A stretch of 32,000 bases of DNA from Acaryochloris marina MBIC11017 (lineage in GTDB: Bacteria; Cyanobacteriota; Cyanobacteriia; Thermosynechococcales; Thermosynechococcaceae), in the NCBI RefSeq assembly GCF_000018105.1, contig NC_009925.1, forward strand, positions 2,880,001 to 2,912,000, read 5' to 3'. Position numbers and translations under genes: made by a program. Under the pieces are notes generated by a model. It saw only the letters and a program-made list of their open reading frames with translations. It was not told the origin of the DNA and searched no databases. Each line of letters opens with the position of its first letter. The first letter of the stretch is position 1. Positions 9,679 to 18,162 of this stretch are shown here, in pieces.

Positions 9679-9987
9679 ATGAAACGCACGACTCGAACTG
9701 CTTTATCGCTCTTAACCAGCCTGACGCTCCACAGCATCGGATTTACATCACCTACCCTGGCTGAAACTACCCTCACCCGTGGTCCCAATTTTGCCGCCCA
9801 CCCGGTCAACATAGACAACAGCCCTGTCCCTGCGAACGCTCAAGGTTCCTCAGGAGCAACCCAGAGTCTGAATGATACAGCCCCTATTACCCAGACTGAA
9901 TCAGGACGCGACACTACGACCCAGTCTTCAGAACCTCCTAAAATTATCACCCGTGGTCCCAATGGTGCAGCCCATATTTTGAATTAG
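9679..9987 (+). CDS. Small secreted protein (102 aa) with a TRGPN-x-AAH-xx-N motif at both ends of the predicted mature chain
   Basis: A signal-peptide-like N-terminus is present (MKRTTRTALSLLTSLTLHSIGFTSPTLA/ET). The middle is rich in Thr, Ser, Gln and Pro. A strong hairpin terminator lies downstream. No clear SD sequence is seen, so coding status is moderate. Confidence 0.5.
   Translation: MKRTTRTALSLLTSLTLHSIGFTSPTLAETTLTRGPNFAAHPVNIDNSPVPANAQGSSGATQSLNDTAPITQTESGRDTTTQSSEPPKIITRGPNGAAHILN
9775..9789 (+). repeat. Direct repeat copy 1 (ACCCGTGGTCCCAAT) encoding TRGPN
   Basis: An exact 15-nt match to 9949-9963 inside the same small ORF. Confidence 0.9.
9949..9963 (+). repeat. Direct repeat copy 2 (ACCCGTGGTCCCAAT) encoding TRGPN
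   Basis: An exact 15-nt match to 9775-9789. Confidence 0.9.
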
Positions 9988-10116
9988 TCCCATCATATTG
10001 AGGATGACCAGTTGATACACCCCACGACGCAGGGTCGATTGCTATAAGCAAACGGCCCATGTTGAAGTGCAAGTGATTTTCCCCTGGAAAGTCACTGAAT
10101 CCATCTTCATTTGCCC

Positions 10117-10160
10117 CCTACTACTGAGAGACCTGTCTTGGTAGTAGGCTTTATTCTTCT
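10117..10160 (+). terminator. Rho-independent terminator-like hairpin downstream of the small secreted-protein gene
   Basis: A perfect 8-bp stem CCTACTAC (10117-10124) / GTAGTAGG (10141-10148) has inner AGAC/GTCT pairing and is followed by the T-rich CTTTATTCTTCT. The minus-strand reading lacks a T tract. Confidence 0.55.
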
Positions 10161-10225
10161 GAATCAGTGACCCTCTCTTGAGATCTCACCAAAATCTTCC
10201 TCTCTATAGGTAGGAACACCGCTAC

Positions 10226-10618
10226 TCACCCAGTATTTGAGGCTGCGGATTGCTTTAGGTAATTCAAAAACCAGTTCACGGCAGTGGCCCGGCGAGTTCG
10301 GCGCGGATTAAGCTCATCGACCGTGTACCCCCCAAAGCCTAATTCTGATTTCAGCAGCTGTTTGTTTTCTTTGGGAATGGAGCGGGTGAGTTTGATGGTG
10401 GCAGGACGACTGCCAATGAAGTCTGGCGGATCTGGGTAGGTTTCTGTCCAGACTTCATCCACTTGTGAAACATCCCATGCCTGCGAGGCTGGATCATAGC
10501 GATAGCCCAAGTGATACCAGAGCATCTGATTAACGATTTCATCAGGAATTTTGTCGTCCAAGATGGCCCAAAAGGTTTCTGCTATTAATTCCGGTAAATC
10601 AGATTCTGAAACAGACAT
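10226..10618 (-). CDS. Conserved hypothetical protein of the cyanobacteria/plastid lineage (DUF1823-like; family name tentative)
   Basis: A 130-aa soluble protein whose ATG lies 3 nt after the upstream gene's stop. The pattern WYHLGYRYD...W...YPDPPDFIGSRPATIKLTRSIP matches my recollection of DUF1823. This was not verified by a search. Confidence 0.75.
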   Translation of the reverse strand: MSVSESDLPELIAETFWAILDDKIPDEIVNQMLWYHLGYRYDPASQAWDVSQVDEVWTETYPDPPDFIGSRPATIKLTRSIPKENKQLLKSELGFGGYTVDELNPRRTRRATAVNWFLNYLKQSAASNTG

Positions 10619-10621
10619 AGA

Positions 10622-11209
10622 TCATCCCGTTGGGCGCTGTTGAGTAGTGCGCTGAAGCAGCCATAATGACGCAACCACACCGGCAAACTGCCCAGCGATC
10701 GTATTGATACAGGCTTGAATCACAAATAGATCAATCGGTTCTACCAGTTGATTGGGGTTTAGGCTAAATACCGCCACCCCTTGAGAAATGGCCTTACCGA
10801 TAATCGCCCCCACAAACCATTCTCCCCCAATTACGGTTACTAAAATACCGACTAGATCCGTAAGCAAGACCATTTTCAGTAATCTTAGGGTGGCGGCTTT
10901 AGAAGGGGCATTGGCACTAGACGGCGCTAAAAAACGACGTCCCCAGCGGGTATAGCGAAAACTCCAGAAAACGCTCACTCCCAAGAGCAAAATGCCTGCC
11001 ACCGTAAATAACAGGCCTAAACCGCTGATCGTATTGCCCGCCTGATTCGGATTACTGGCGCGGCTGAAGAAGGCGAATAGAACCGTTACGCCCGAGATGA
11101 TGCCTAACACCGCCTTGATCCAGAAACTGATCCAGCCCACAATGCGGAATGCACCACCCAAATTTTTCAAATTGGGCGACCGGGATAGAGCGTCAGACGG
11201 TCGGGTCAT
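10622..11209 (-). CDS. Four-TM membrane protein, DUF3611 family (TIC21/PIC1-like)
   Basis: Four hydrophobic helices are present (WISFWIKAVLGIISGVTVLFAFF; LGLLFTVAGILLLGVSVFWSF; LLTDLVGILVTVIGGEWFVGAII; IQACINTIAGQFAGVVASLWLL). At 195 aa it matches the size and topology recalled for DUF3611. It starts 6 nt after the bciB-like stop. Confidence 0.75.
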   Translation of the reverse strand: MTRPSDALSRSPNLKNLGGAFRIVGWISFWIKAVLGIISGVTVLFAFFSRASNPNQAGNTISGLGLLFTVAGILLLGVSVFWSFRYTRWGRRFLAPSSANAPSKAATLRLLKMVLLTDLVGILVTVIGGEWFVGAIIGKAISQGVAVFSLNPNQLVEPIDLFVIQACINTIAGQFAGVVASLWLLQRTTQQRPTG

Positions 11210-11215
11210 GCAAAT

Positions 11216-12409
11216 TTAGTCCGGTAAGTCATATTGACTGACAATGCGCTTGGCGTACTCAGGTACATGGGCATCTACCTTATCAGGATAGTTGCGCTTC
11301 ACATACAGGTAGTTCCGGGTAAAGTGGGAATCAATGGAGAACCGCGCATATTCTAAACCTCGGGGACCAATCTTGTCGATCACCACGCCCATCAGCTTCG
11401 CCGCCCACATGGGCAAGGTCACCCCTTTATCATAAGCAGGGATACTATTTTGCACTGCGGCATGGCGATCGCCTTCGGAAATCACGGGCTGGGTTTCCAG
11501 CTGATCCATCACCAGATCCAGCATTTCTTGCCCCGTTTCATTACGCACCACAAGCCACTGCCAGCCATAGGGCGACCCCATATAGCCCACCACAAGATCC
11601 GCCAGGGAATTGGTGTAGTCGAAGCAGCTCATGCAGGACGGCGCAAAAATATCCTTGAGCTTATTGGTCTTCAGGCCAAAGAACGGCACCGTTTCAATCG
11701 AGCCATCTTCATGCTTAAAGTGGATGCGGAAATCCTGCATAAATTCGTAGTGGACAACCGTATCTGGAGATCGGCTCGTGGTTTCTAAAAAAGTCTGTAA
11801 CCCGGCTCGATTCACATTGTCTACACAAGGGGTTCCCAGAACATACAGCTTTTCTAGTCCTAAGCTGTCCTGAACAGACCGCAAAGCCTGGGTTTGACAG
11901 CCCACGCCAATCACACACAAACGCTTCAGGCCCGACTGTTCAATCTGCTCCAATACCGAGAGATTGGGGGAGAGGGTGGGCTTATTCACCCGAGCTGCCA
12001 ACACCTCTTCTGGAGTACGAGCAATAATCGGCTTGGGTTGGAACCGATCTTCATCGGTATTTTGGATACAGACAACGCCGTCCACTTTGCCCTGCTTCAG
12101 CATTTCCATACCGATGGTGCTGACAATGCCTGTCCATTGCGCTCCCGGAATGGGATCGACCTTGCGGGCCGTCATCATTTGGTTGCTGACCCCAAAGTAC
12201 CAATCATCTTCGTTATCCAAGTCACGGCTACGACCGTGGGCTTTTTCTTCTAATTCAGCTACCTGCTGATTTAAAAAGGCACAGGCTTCTTTTACATAGT
12301 GAATGTAGTAGGTATCGCACAGACCACATTCACTACAGAGTTCTTTAGCCGGTCGGCGACTCGTAGACTTGAGGGCTTTGGCTTTTTTATGGGGTTGTAC
12401 CGCAGTCAT
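11216..12409 (-). CDS. bciB: Ferredoxin-dependent divinyl chlorophyllide 8-vinyl reductase family protein (BciB/F-DVR; FrhB-like, homologue of plant HCAR)
   Basis: 397 aa from the ATG at 12409; the track's TTG at 12508 adds 33 aa. The N-terminal Cys cluster CSECGLCDTYYIHYVKEACAFL and the segments GAQWTGIVSTIGMEMLK and ARTPEEVLAARVNKPTLSPNL match the HCAR/BciB family as I recall it. Confidence 0.75.
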   Translation of the reverse strand: MTAVQPHKKAKALKSTSRRPAKELCSECGLCDTYYIHYVKEACAFLNQQVAELEEKAHGRSRDLDNEDDWYFGVSNQMMTARKVDPIPGAQWTGIVSTIGMEMLKQGKVDGVVCIQNTDEDRFQPKPIIARTPEEVLAARVNKPTLSPNLSVLEQIEQSGLKRLCVIGVGCQTQALRSVQDSLGLEKLYVLGTPCVDNVNRAGLQTFLETTSRSPDTVVHYEFMQDFRIHFKHEDGSIETVPFFGLKTNKLKDIFAPSCMSCFDYTNSLADLVVGYMGSPYGWQWLVVRNETGQEMLDLVMDQLETQPVISEGDRHAAVQNSIPAYDKGVTLPMWAAKLMGVVIDKIGPRGLEYARFSIDSHFTRNYLYVKRNYPDKVDAHVPEYAKRIVSQYDLPD

Positions 12410-12550
12410 AGTCAAATTAGGGTTCAGTCCTGCGAAGTAAGGGCAGGAGACCGAACTGAATGGTGATATCGCATTCCGATTGTAAACAGTTTCGGGACCG
12501 CGACCCAAGCCCCCTCCTTTTTTTCCTTCGCTGGATGCGTTTAGGAGCCG

Positions 12551-14074
12551 CTAATCATTATGGGCATGATCAAACGTGTACACATAAAACATGCGGCTAA
12601 ATCGCTGGAGTAAATAGCCCCCCGTCGCGAAAACCACGCTACAGAGCACTAACTCCCAAAACTCAGGCGGGGGAGCCATTAAGAGTACAGAAGCATCGGG
12701 ATGAGTGATGGCGTATAGGGCTTGCGATCGCGCATCCAGCATCACCCCCAATCCAAAACACACCACTGCGCTGATCCACATGACGACTTTCAGCTGCTGA
12801 ATTCGATTTAAGGCCCCGCGGCAGACTTGGCAATCTTTAGTGTGGGTGTTCCAAATATCAAAGAGCTGTTCCTTATCGCGCTGAGGGGGTGGCAGTTGGG
12901 GATCACATTGCCACGGAATCCCTCCGCCTGCTCGGGTTTTGATCCACTGCCGTAGAGCAATTACCATCTTGTCTTGGGGATTAGGGGTATAGACCGTTTC
13001 TAGCCAATCTCCCGGTTCTTGATGCCCAATGCGCTTTTCCTGATAGTGGAGAAACACTAAATCTTGATGGAGAAAGAGGGGGGCCAAGACATGGCCGAGC
13101 CATTTTGGCATGGGCCAAGCAAAAAAGCCCAAACCGGGAGGGGTTTTTCCATCCTTATCTTTAATTAACACCTGGCAACCAATATGGCGACACCAGCCTG
13201 GGCGAGTGGGGCTGGCATAGAGCGCCAAAATCATCTGCCCATCCCTGGCAAAGGTGGTTTCAATCCGCATATGACAAGGGGGCTGAAAATTATGGACGGC
13301 CTTTCTGAGAATCGTATTGGCAAGAGGGGTGATATCAAAGGCAAAGCCTTCTTGAGTCGACACCTCCCGTACCGGACTCATATCGTAATAATTGGCATCT
13401 CGATAGCGATTGCCCATAATGCCATGATGCGACACCGGTACATGGGCTGGATCCGCAATATTCTCCATAAAAAAATCCCAGCCATAGGGCAGATCGCGCA
13501 CATACCAGAACAGCTGAATGGCCCGATCGGGCAACTCTTCTAGCTCCGGGATAATCCGAGGAGAGCGCTCCTGGCTGAGGGTCTGGGAGTCTTCACTGGG
13601 ATCGGGCCACACCCAAATGAGCCCTTGCTGCACCTGAGTCGGATAGGAAATTGCACAGGAGCGCGGGTTGGCTCGATTCTGTTTAGCCGTTTCTAAATCA
13701 CGACTTTGAGGAATATCTAAGCACTGCCCCGAACCGTCAAATCGCCAGGCATGATAGGCACACATTAAGGTGCCATCGACTTCGATTCGTCCTTCCGATA
13801 GGGGTGCAAGGCGATGGGGACAGCGATCTTCAAAACAATGCCATTCTCCCTGCTGATCATGCCAAATCACCAGCTCTTTTCCCAACAATTGAATGGCATG
13901 CGGGCTTTTTGGAGCCAAGAACTCTACTACCGCCACTGGATACCATTGTTGTGTCCATTGAAATTGTTCAGGTGTGGCGAGGGACGTTTCAGCGTCTGAC
14001 ATGGGGGATGAGGTCTCGACCTGCTGAGAGGCGTCATGGGTTGGATCAAGGGACAAGCGGTTTTGAGTCGTCAC
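12551..14074 (-). CDS. Rieske [2Fe-2S] / mononuclear-iron oxygenase of the PAO/TIC55/PTC52/CAO family, membrane anchored
   Basis: The Rieske motif is CPHRLAPLSEGR...CAYHAWRF. The mononuclear Fe motif E-x3-D-x2-H-x4-H appears in ENIADPAHVPVSHH. A C-terminal CxxC (CQVC) and two C-terminal TM helices are present, as in PAO-family proteins. The start is either GTG at 14074 or ATG at 14002. Confidence 0.85.
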   Translation of the reverse strand: MTTQNRLSLDPTHDASQQVETSSPMSDAETSLATPEQFQWTQQWYPVAVVEFLAPKSPHAIQLLGKELVIWHDQQGEWHCFEDRCPHRLAPLSEGRIEVDGTLMCAYHAWRFDGSGQCLDIPQSRDLETAKQNRANPRSCAISYPTQVQQGLIWVWPDPSEDSQTLSQERSPRIIPELEELPDRAIQLFWYVRDLPYGWDFFMENIADPAHVPVSHHGIMGNRYRDANYYDMSPVREVSTQEGFAFDITPLANTILRKAVHNFQPPCHMRIETTFARDGQMILALYASPTRPGWCRHIGCQVLIKDKDGKTPPGLGFFAWPMPKWLGHVLAPLFLHQDLVFLHYQEKRIGHQEPGDWLETVYTPNPQDKMVIALRQWIKTRAGGGIPWQCDPQLPPPQRDKEQLFDIWNTHTKDCQVCRGALNRIQQLKVVMWISAVVCFGLGVMLDARSQALYAITHPDASVLLMAPPPEFWELVLCSVVFATGGYLLQRFSRMFYVYTFDHAHND

Positions 14075-14421
14075 TGTCTTAACAATTGCGCTCGCAGCTA
14101 GGGTTCATCTTCCCCAATATAATCCTCAACGTTCCACGGGTTAAGCGATTCCAGGCCACCCCGCCATCAAACCGATGCATTTTGGCACTGCCCCCTCACC
14201 GATCCGCTTAAAATCGAGGAACCGCTGACCTCGCTTCACCATCACTAACTCCAGGATGATGGAGATGAAAGGCCTCGGTTTGACAAAAGGCCAAAGAATA
14301 AGAATCATAATCCCCAGAAGCTTTGACAAGCATCCGAGGAATACTGAGCTCGATTTGTCTCCGGCTTGTTTAGACTCGCTTATTCTCTATTTCGCTGTCC
14401 ACCCTCAACCTAAAGTGACTC

Positions 14422-15231
14422 ATGACCGTCTCTGAGAACCGCCCTAACTTGCCGCCCTCATCCCGGGTTCTGACCTTGGTGGGTCTGATTCTAATCCTGA
14501 CCTTCTTTCTAGATTTTCTGGTCCGCTTGACCTCGCCCCAGCTTGGCAATGCCGAAGTCCAATTGACCCTACTCAATGACTTAATCGATCGCGGCGTCAT
14601 TCCCTTGATCGGTTTATCCCTGATTTATGCGGGCTTCTGGTTTCATCTATATACCAAGCCACCCCTGGTTACTGATGCTCAAGACGATAAGGAACTGCGG
14701 GCAGCCTGGCAAGATCCCAAATTCTGGACCTTTGTCTTCGCCAGTCTTCTAGGGTTGATGTTCTTACTGATTATTCCATTTCACTATGCCAAAACCGGAG
14801 ATGTGATTCAGAAAGCCCTGGATCAAGTTGAAGCGGAATGGACGCGTAACAAAGCCACCATTGATCAGCAACTCAATCAGGTCAAAGTCGAAGAGCAGCA
14901 ATGGCAAGCCATCGGTAAAGACCCCACCCAGCTCGATCAGCTGCTGAATAATCCCCAGATGCCGCCCCAACAGAAAGCTGCCCTCACCCAACTCAAGAAA
15001 GATCCCCAGGTACTGAAACAAAATGTAGATGCTCGGGTCAAGCAGCTTCAACAACAGCAAACCCAAGTCGCAGGCCAGTTAGCAGATGCTGAAAAGCGTA
15101 AAGCTGAAGTGGTCAAACGGGCAGAAGGAGAGCGATCCTTGACTCGTCTGCGGGCCGGAATTCGCAGTATCTTACTTGCGATCGCATTTGCCAGTATCGG
15201 CTGGACCGGACTACGGGACTCTTCCAACTAG
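14422..15231 (+). CDS. Membrane protein with a Gln-rich coiled-coil domain (HpsJ-like; tentative)
   Basis: TM helices lie near the N-terminus (VLTLVGLILILTFFLDFLV; GVIPLIGLSLIYAGFWF; FWTFVFASLLGLMFLLIIPF) and at the C-terminus. The central Q/K-rich heptad-like region is QQLNQVKVEEQQWQ...VKQLQQQQTQVAGQL. The LD..V......Q..L....IDRGVIPLIG pattern resembles HpsJ-family proteins from memory. Confidence 0.7.
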   Translation: MTVSENRPNLPPSSRVLTLVGLILILTFFLDFLVRLTSPQLGNAEVQLTLLNDLIDRGVIPLIGLSLIYAGFWFHLYTKPPLVTDAQDDKELRAAWQDPKFWTFVFASLLGLMFLLIIPFHYAKTGDVIQKALDQVEAEWTRNKATIDQQLNQVKVEEQQWQAIGKDPTQLDQLLNNPQMPPQQKAALTQLKKDPQVLKQNVDARVKQLQQQQTQVAGQLADAEKRKAEVVKRAEGERSLTRLRAGIRSILLAIAFASIGWTGLRDSSN

Positions 15232-15298
15232 GGCCATCAGCAGACGGCCAGCAAGGTTTAGGGGATAATGACTAGCAGTCTTTAGAACATCCTCTCCC

Positions 15299-16645
15299 AT
15301 GACCTTGCAGGCTCCCCTTGCCCAACTAATCGAGATTCTGGCCGCACAGCCCCTTCATATCCCTGGTGCTTTAACCTCCCAGCAGGTTCAAGGCGTTAAT
15401 ACGGACACTCGCAGCCTGAAACCCCAGGAAATTTTTCTGGCCTTCTCGGGGGAGAACTTTGATGGTCATCGGTTTGCAGAATCGGCAGTGCAGCAGGGCG
15501 CAATCGCCGCTATTGTCGATCACCCCATCGATGCGGCTACTCCCCAGTTAGTGGTTCCAGATACCCTGGTGGCCTATCAACGCTTGGGGCAATGGTGGCG
15601 ACAGCAGTTTCAAATCCCGATTATTGCCATTACAGGCTCTGTCGGCAAAACCACCACTAAAGAGCTGATTTCGGCGGTCCTCGGCACGGCTGGATCCGTC
15701 CTCAAAACCGAAGCCAACTACAACAACGAAATTGGTGTTCCCAAAACCTTGTTAGGATTAACCGCCGATCATGACTATGCAGTTGTGGAAATGGGGATGC
15801 GGGGGCCAGGAGAAATCGCAGAACTATCTCAGATTGCCCAACCCACCATTGGTGTAATCACCAATGTCGGCACTGCTCATATTGGTCGTCTAGGGTCTAG
15901 AGAAGCCATTGCCCAAGCCAAATGTGAGCTACTGGCCCAGATGCCTGCAGAGAGTCTGGCGGTTCTCAATGCCGATAATTCTTTACTGATTGAAACGGCT
16001 CAAACCGTGTGGTCGGGGGCTCAAGTCACCTATGGCCTCGACTCTGGCGATTTACAAGGTCAGCTAGCAGATCAAACACTACAGGTAGCGGATCATTCCT
16101 TTCCATTACCCCTGCCAGGGGCTCATAATGCCTTGAACTATTTAGCCGCCCTGGCCATCGCCCAGCATCTCCATTTGGATCTCGCTCCCCTACAGCAGGG
16201 TATTTCCCTAGAACTTCCCTCCGGTCGAGCTCGTAAACTCACCCTGCCCAACGATGTGGTGGTTCTAGATGAGACCTATAACGCTGGCCTGGAGTCCATG
16301 CAGGCAGCTCTCCATCTACTCGCCCAAACACCCGGTGAGCGGCGAATTGCGGTACTGGGGCCGATGAAAGAATTGGGAGAATATGCCGCCGAACTCCATC
16401 GCCAAGTGGGCCGTTTAGTCCAGACCCTAAACATCGATCAGCTTTTGATCCTCGATCAAGGACCGGAAGGAACCGCCTTAGCAGCAGGAACAACCACGGT
16501 CCCCACGGAGCAGTTTGCTGAACACCAAGCCCTGATGGACTATCTCGATCAGCATATTCAGCCGGGCGATCGTCTTCTCTGCAAAGCGTCCCACTCCGTG
16601 GGGCTAGACCGCATTGTCGACCATTTCACCCAAGTCAAGGCTTAG
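15299..16645 (+). CDS. murF: UDP-N-acetylmuramoyl-tripeptide--D-alanyl-D-alanine ligase
   Basis: The Mur-ligase P-loop ITGSVGKTTTKE is present, with NYNNEIGVP, VVEMGMRGPGEI and DETYNA motifs. The length is 448 aa. Confidence 0.9.
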   Translation: MTLQAPLAQLIEILAAQPLHIPGALTSQQVQGVNTDTRSLKPQEIFLAFSGENFDGHRFAESAVQQGAIAAIVDHPIDAATPQLVVPDTLVAYQRLGQWWRQQFQIPIIAITGSVGKTTTKELISAVLGTAGSVLKTEANYNNEIGVPKTLLGLTADHDYAVVEMGMRGPGEIAELSQIAQPTIGVITNVGTAHIGRLGSREAIAQAKCELLAQMPAESLAVLNADNSLLIETAQTVWSGAQVTYGLDSGDLQGQLADQTLQVADHSFPLPLPGAHNALNYLAALAIAQHLHLDLAPLQQGISLELPSGRARKLTLPNDVVVLDETYNAGLESMQAALHLLAQTPGERRIAVLGPMKELGEYAAELHRQVGRLVQTLNIDQLLILDQGPEGTALAAGTTTVPTEQFAEHQALMDYLDQHIQPGDRLLCKASHSVGLDRIVDHFTQVKA

Positions 16646-16649
16646 GCGC

Positions 16650-17369
16650 TTACGAGGCTAACGCCTGACGCTGGGCCTCGATTAACTGTTGAATGCCAAT
16701 TTCTGCCAGGTCTAACATTTGATTGAGCTGGGGACGAGGCAAAGTGCCTTCTTCCGCCGTCCCTTGAACTTCTAGCAGCTCTAGCTGTTCCGTTGCCACG
16801 ACATTCAAATCCACCGCCGCACCGACATCTTCTGGGTAGTTGAGATCTAGAAAGGGCTGACCTTCTAGCAACCCAACCGATACGGCGGCGACATGATGAC
16901 GAATGGGGGATTGGGGAATTTCTCCCTTGCTCACCAGCTGATTCACCGCATCCACAAGGGCCACAAATCCACCTGTAATGGATGTCGTGCGCGTTCCTGC
17001 ATCGGCTTGTAAGACATCGGCATCCACCACCAAGGTTCGTTCTCCTAGAGCCTGTAAATCGAGGGCTGCCCGCAAACTCCGACCGATTAACCGCTGAATT
17101 TCTTGAGTGCGTCCCGATAATTTCATCAGTTCTCGGCGCTGCCGTTCTGGGGTTGAGCCAGGGAGCATGCGATATTCTGCCGTTAACCACCCCTGGCCCG
17201 TATCTTCTAAAAACCGGGGGACACCGGGCTGCACAGAGACCGTACACAGAACTTTCGTCTGTCCACATTCTGCCAGTACCGATCCAGCGGCAAAGTGGGT
17301 ATACTCTCGGTGAAACCGAATCGGTCGAAGCTGATCCGGTTGACGACCATCAGGACGTTGCCAAGTCAT
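16650..17369 (-). CDS. rph: Ribonuclease PH
   Basis: [15 protein letters not shown]..., [17 protein letters not shown] and [12 protein letters not shown] are present. At 239 aa it shows the classic RNase PH pattern. Confidence 0.95.
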   Translation of the reverse strand: MTWQRPDGRQPDQLRPIRFHREYTHFAAGSVLAECGQTKVLCTVSVQPGVPRFLEDTGQGWLTAEYRMLPGSTPERQRRELMKLSGRTQEIQRLIGRSLRAALDLQALGERTLVVDADVLQADAGTRTTSITGGFVALVDAVNQLVSKGEIPQSPIRHHVAAVSVGLLEGQPFLDLNYPEDVGAAVDLNVVATEQLELLEVQGTAEEGTLPRPQLNQMLDLAEIGIQQLIEAQRQALAS

Positions 17370-17609
17370 GTATGCTTATTCTCAACTACACAGGGGCTGG
17401 CATCCACCACTGACCTAAGTATTGTGGGTGAGCCAGTTTAAATCCCAACCAGCATACTCTAGATCACCCACTCGAAATCCGGGCTTTAGTAAAAGATTCT
17501 TTCAAAACTTAATACTTCCCATAAAAATGTTGACGGATCCGATAGATATGGTGTTGACTATGGGGGAAAGTTACAGGTGAACGCTACATCTGTTGTTAGC
17601 ATCTAAACT

Positions 17610-18146
17610 ATGGTAGCCCAGCTAGATACTCCTCCCCGCGCAGTTGATTCTCCATCACGCCATATTGTCGAAGGCTTGGTCAAAATCTTCACTGCACCAC
17701 ATCGCAGCTTTTTCACTTCGGTGATGGCGCAAGCACTTCGGGAGGCTGGGCAAGGGACGCGGGTACTCGTCGTCCAATTTTTGAAAGGGGGCATCAATAT
17801 GGGCCACCACCACCCCATGCATCTCTGTCAAAATTTGGACTGGTATCGCTGCAATTTACCGCGCTGTATTGATACACCAGAGTTAGAGGCCGATGAAATG
17901 CAGGCCATGGAAGATCTTTGGCAGCATACAAAAACTGCGATCGCAGATGGGGATTACTCCCTTGTGATTTTGGATGAACTCAGTTTGGCCCTCCACCTCA
18001 ATCTCATTCCCGAATCAGAAGTCTTAGGGTTGATTAAGCAACGTCCTCAGCATATTGATATGATTTTGACGGGGCCGAATATGCCCTCGTCCCTGATGGA
18101 TGTCGCCGACCAAATTACTGAGATGCGACGCAGCGTTTGCCCTTAG
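17610..18146 (+). CDS. CobA/CobO/BtuR-family (cob(I)yrinic acid a,c-diamide adenosyltransferase-like) protein with a degenerate P-loop
   Basis: The family core is present: VLVVQFLKGG, LVILDELSLAL, IDMILTGPNMP..L...AD.ITEMR. Where canonical CobA has GNGKGKTTAA, this protein reads TAPHRSFFTSVMA. Confidence 0.75.
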   Translation: MVAQLDTPPRAVDSPSRHIVEGLVKIFTAPHRSFFTSVMAQALREAGQGTRVLVVQFLKGGINMGHHHPMHLCQNLDWYRCNLPRCIDTPELEADEMQAMEDLWQHTKTAIADGDYSLVILDELSLALHLNLIPESEVLGLIKQRPQHIDMILTGPNMPSSLMDVADQITEMRRSVCP

Positions 18147-18162
18147 TCCTGAAGAGGTTTCT

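Noticed and set aside
11450-12269. Several plus-strand ORFs of 100-119 aa antisense to the bciB-like gene (11450-11788, 11894-12253, 11964-12269)
   Set aside because: All lie inside a strongly supported minus-strand CDS. They are His/Gly/Ile-rich nonsense with no motifs.
14141-14600. Minus-strand small ORFs 14141-14329 (62 aa) and 14370-14600 (76 aa) in or near the Rieske / HpsJ-like divergent region
   Set aside because: The second overlaps the start of the better-supported plus-strand membrane-protein gene. Both have odd basic composition and no SD or motif. The region does contain two TTGACA hexamers (14279, 14322), but I could not pair them with a properly spaced -10 box, so I called no promoter.
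16642-17268. A 208-aa minus-strand ORF overlapping rph in another frame
   Set aside because: It is rich in Arg, Gly, Cys and Pro with no motifs, and lies wholly inside the well-supported rph gene. This is typical of a spurious alternate-frame ORF in moderately GC-rich coding DNA.
17370-17609. Possible cobalamin riboswitch upstream of the CobO-like gene
   Set aside because: I looked for a B12-box-like core and the usual multi-stem junction in this 240-nt divergent region and saw nothing convincing. TTGAC-like hexamers at about 17530 and 17554 lack well-spaced -10 boxes.
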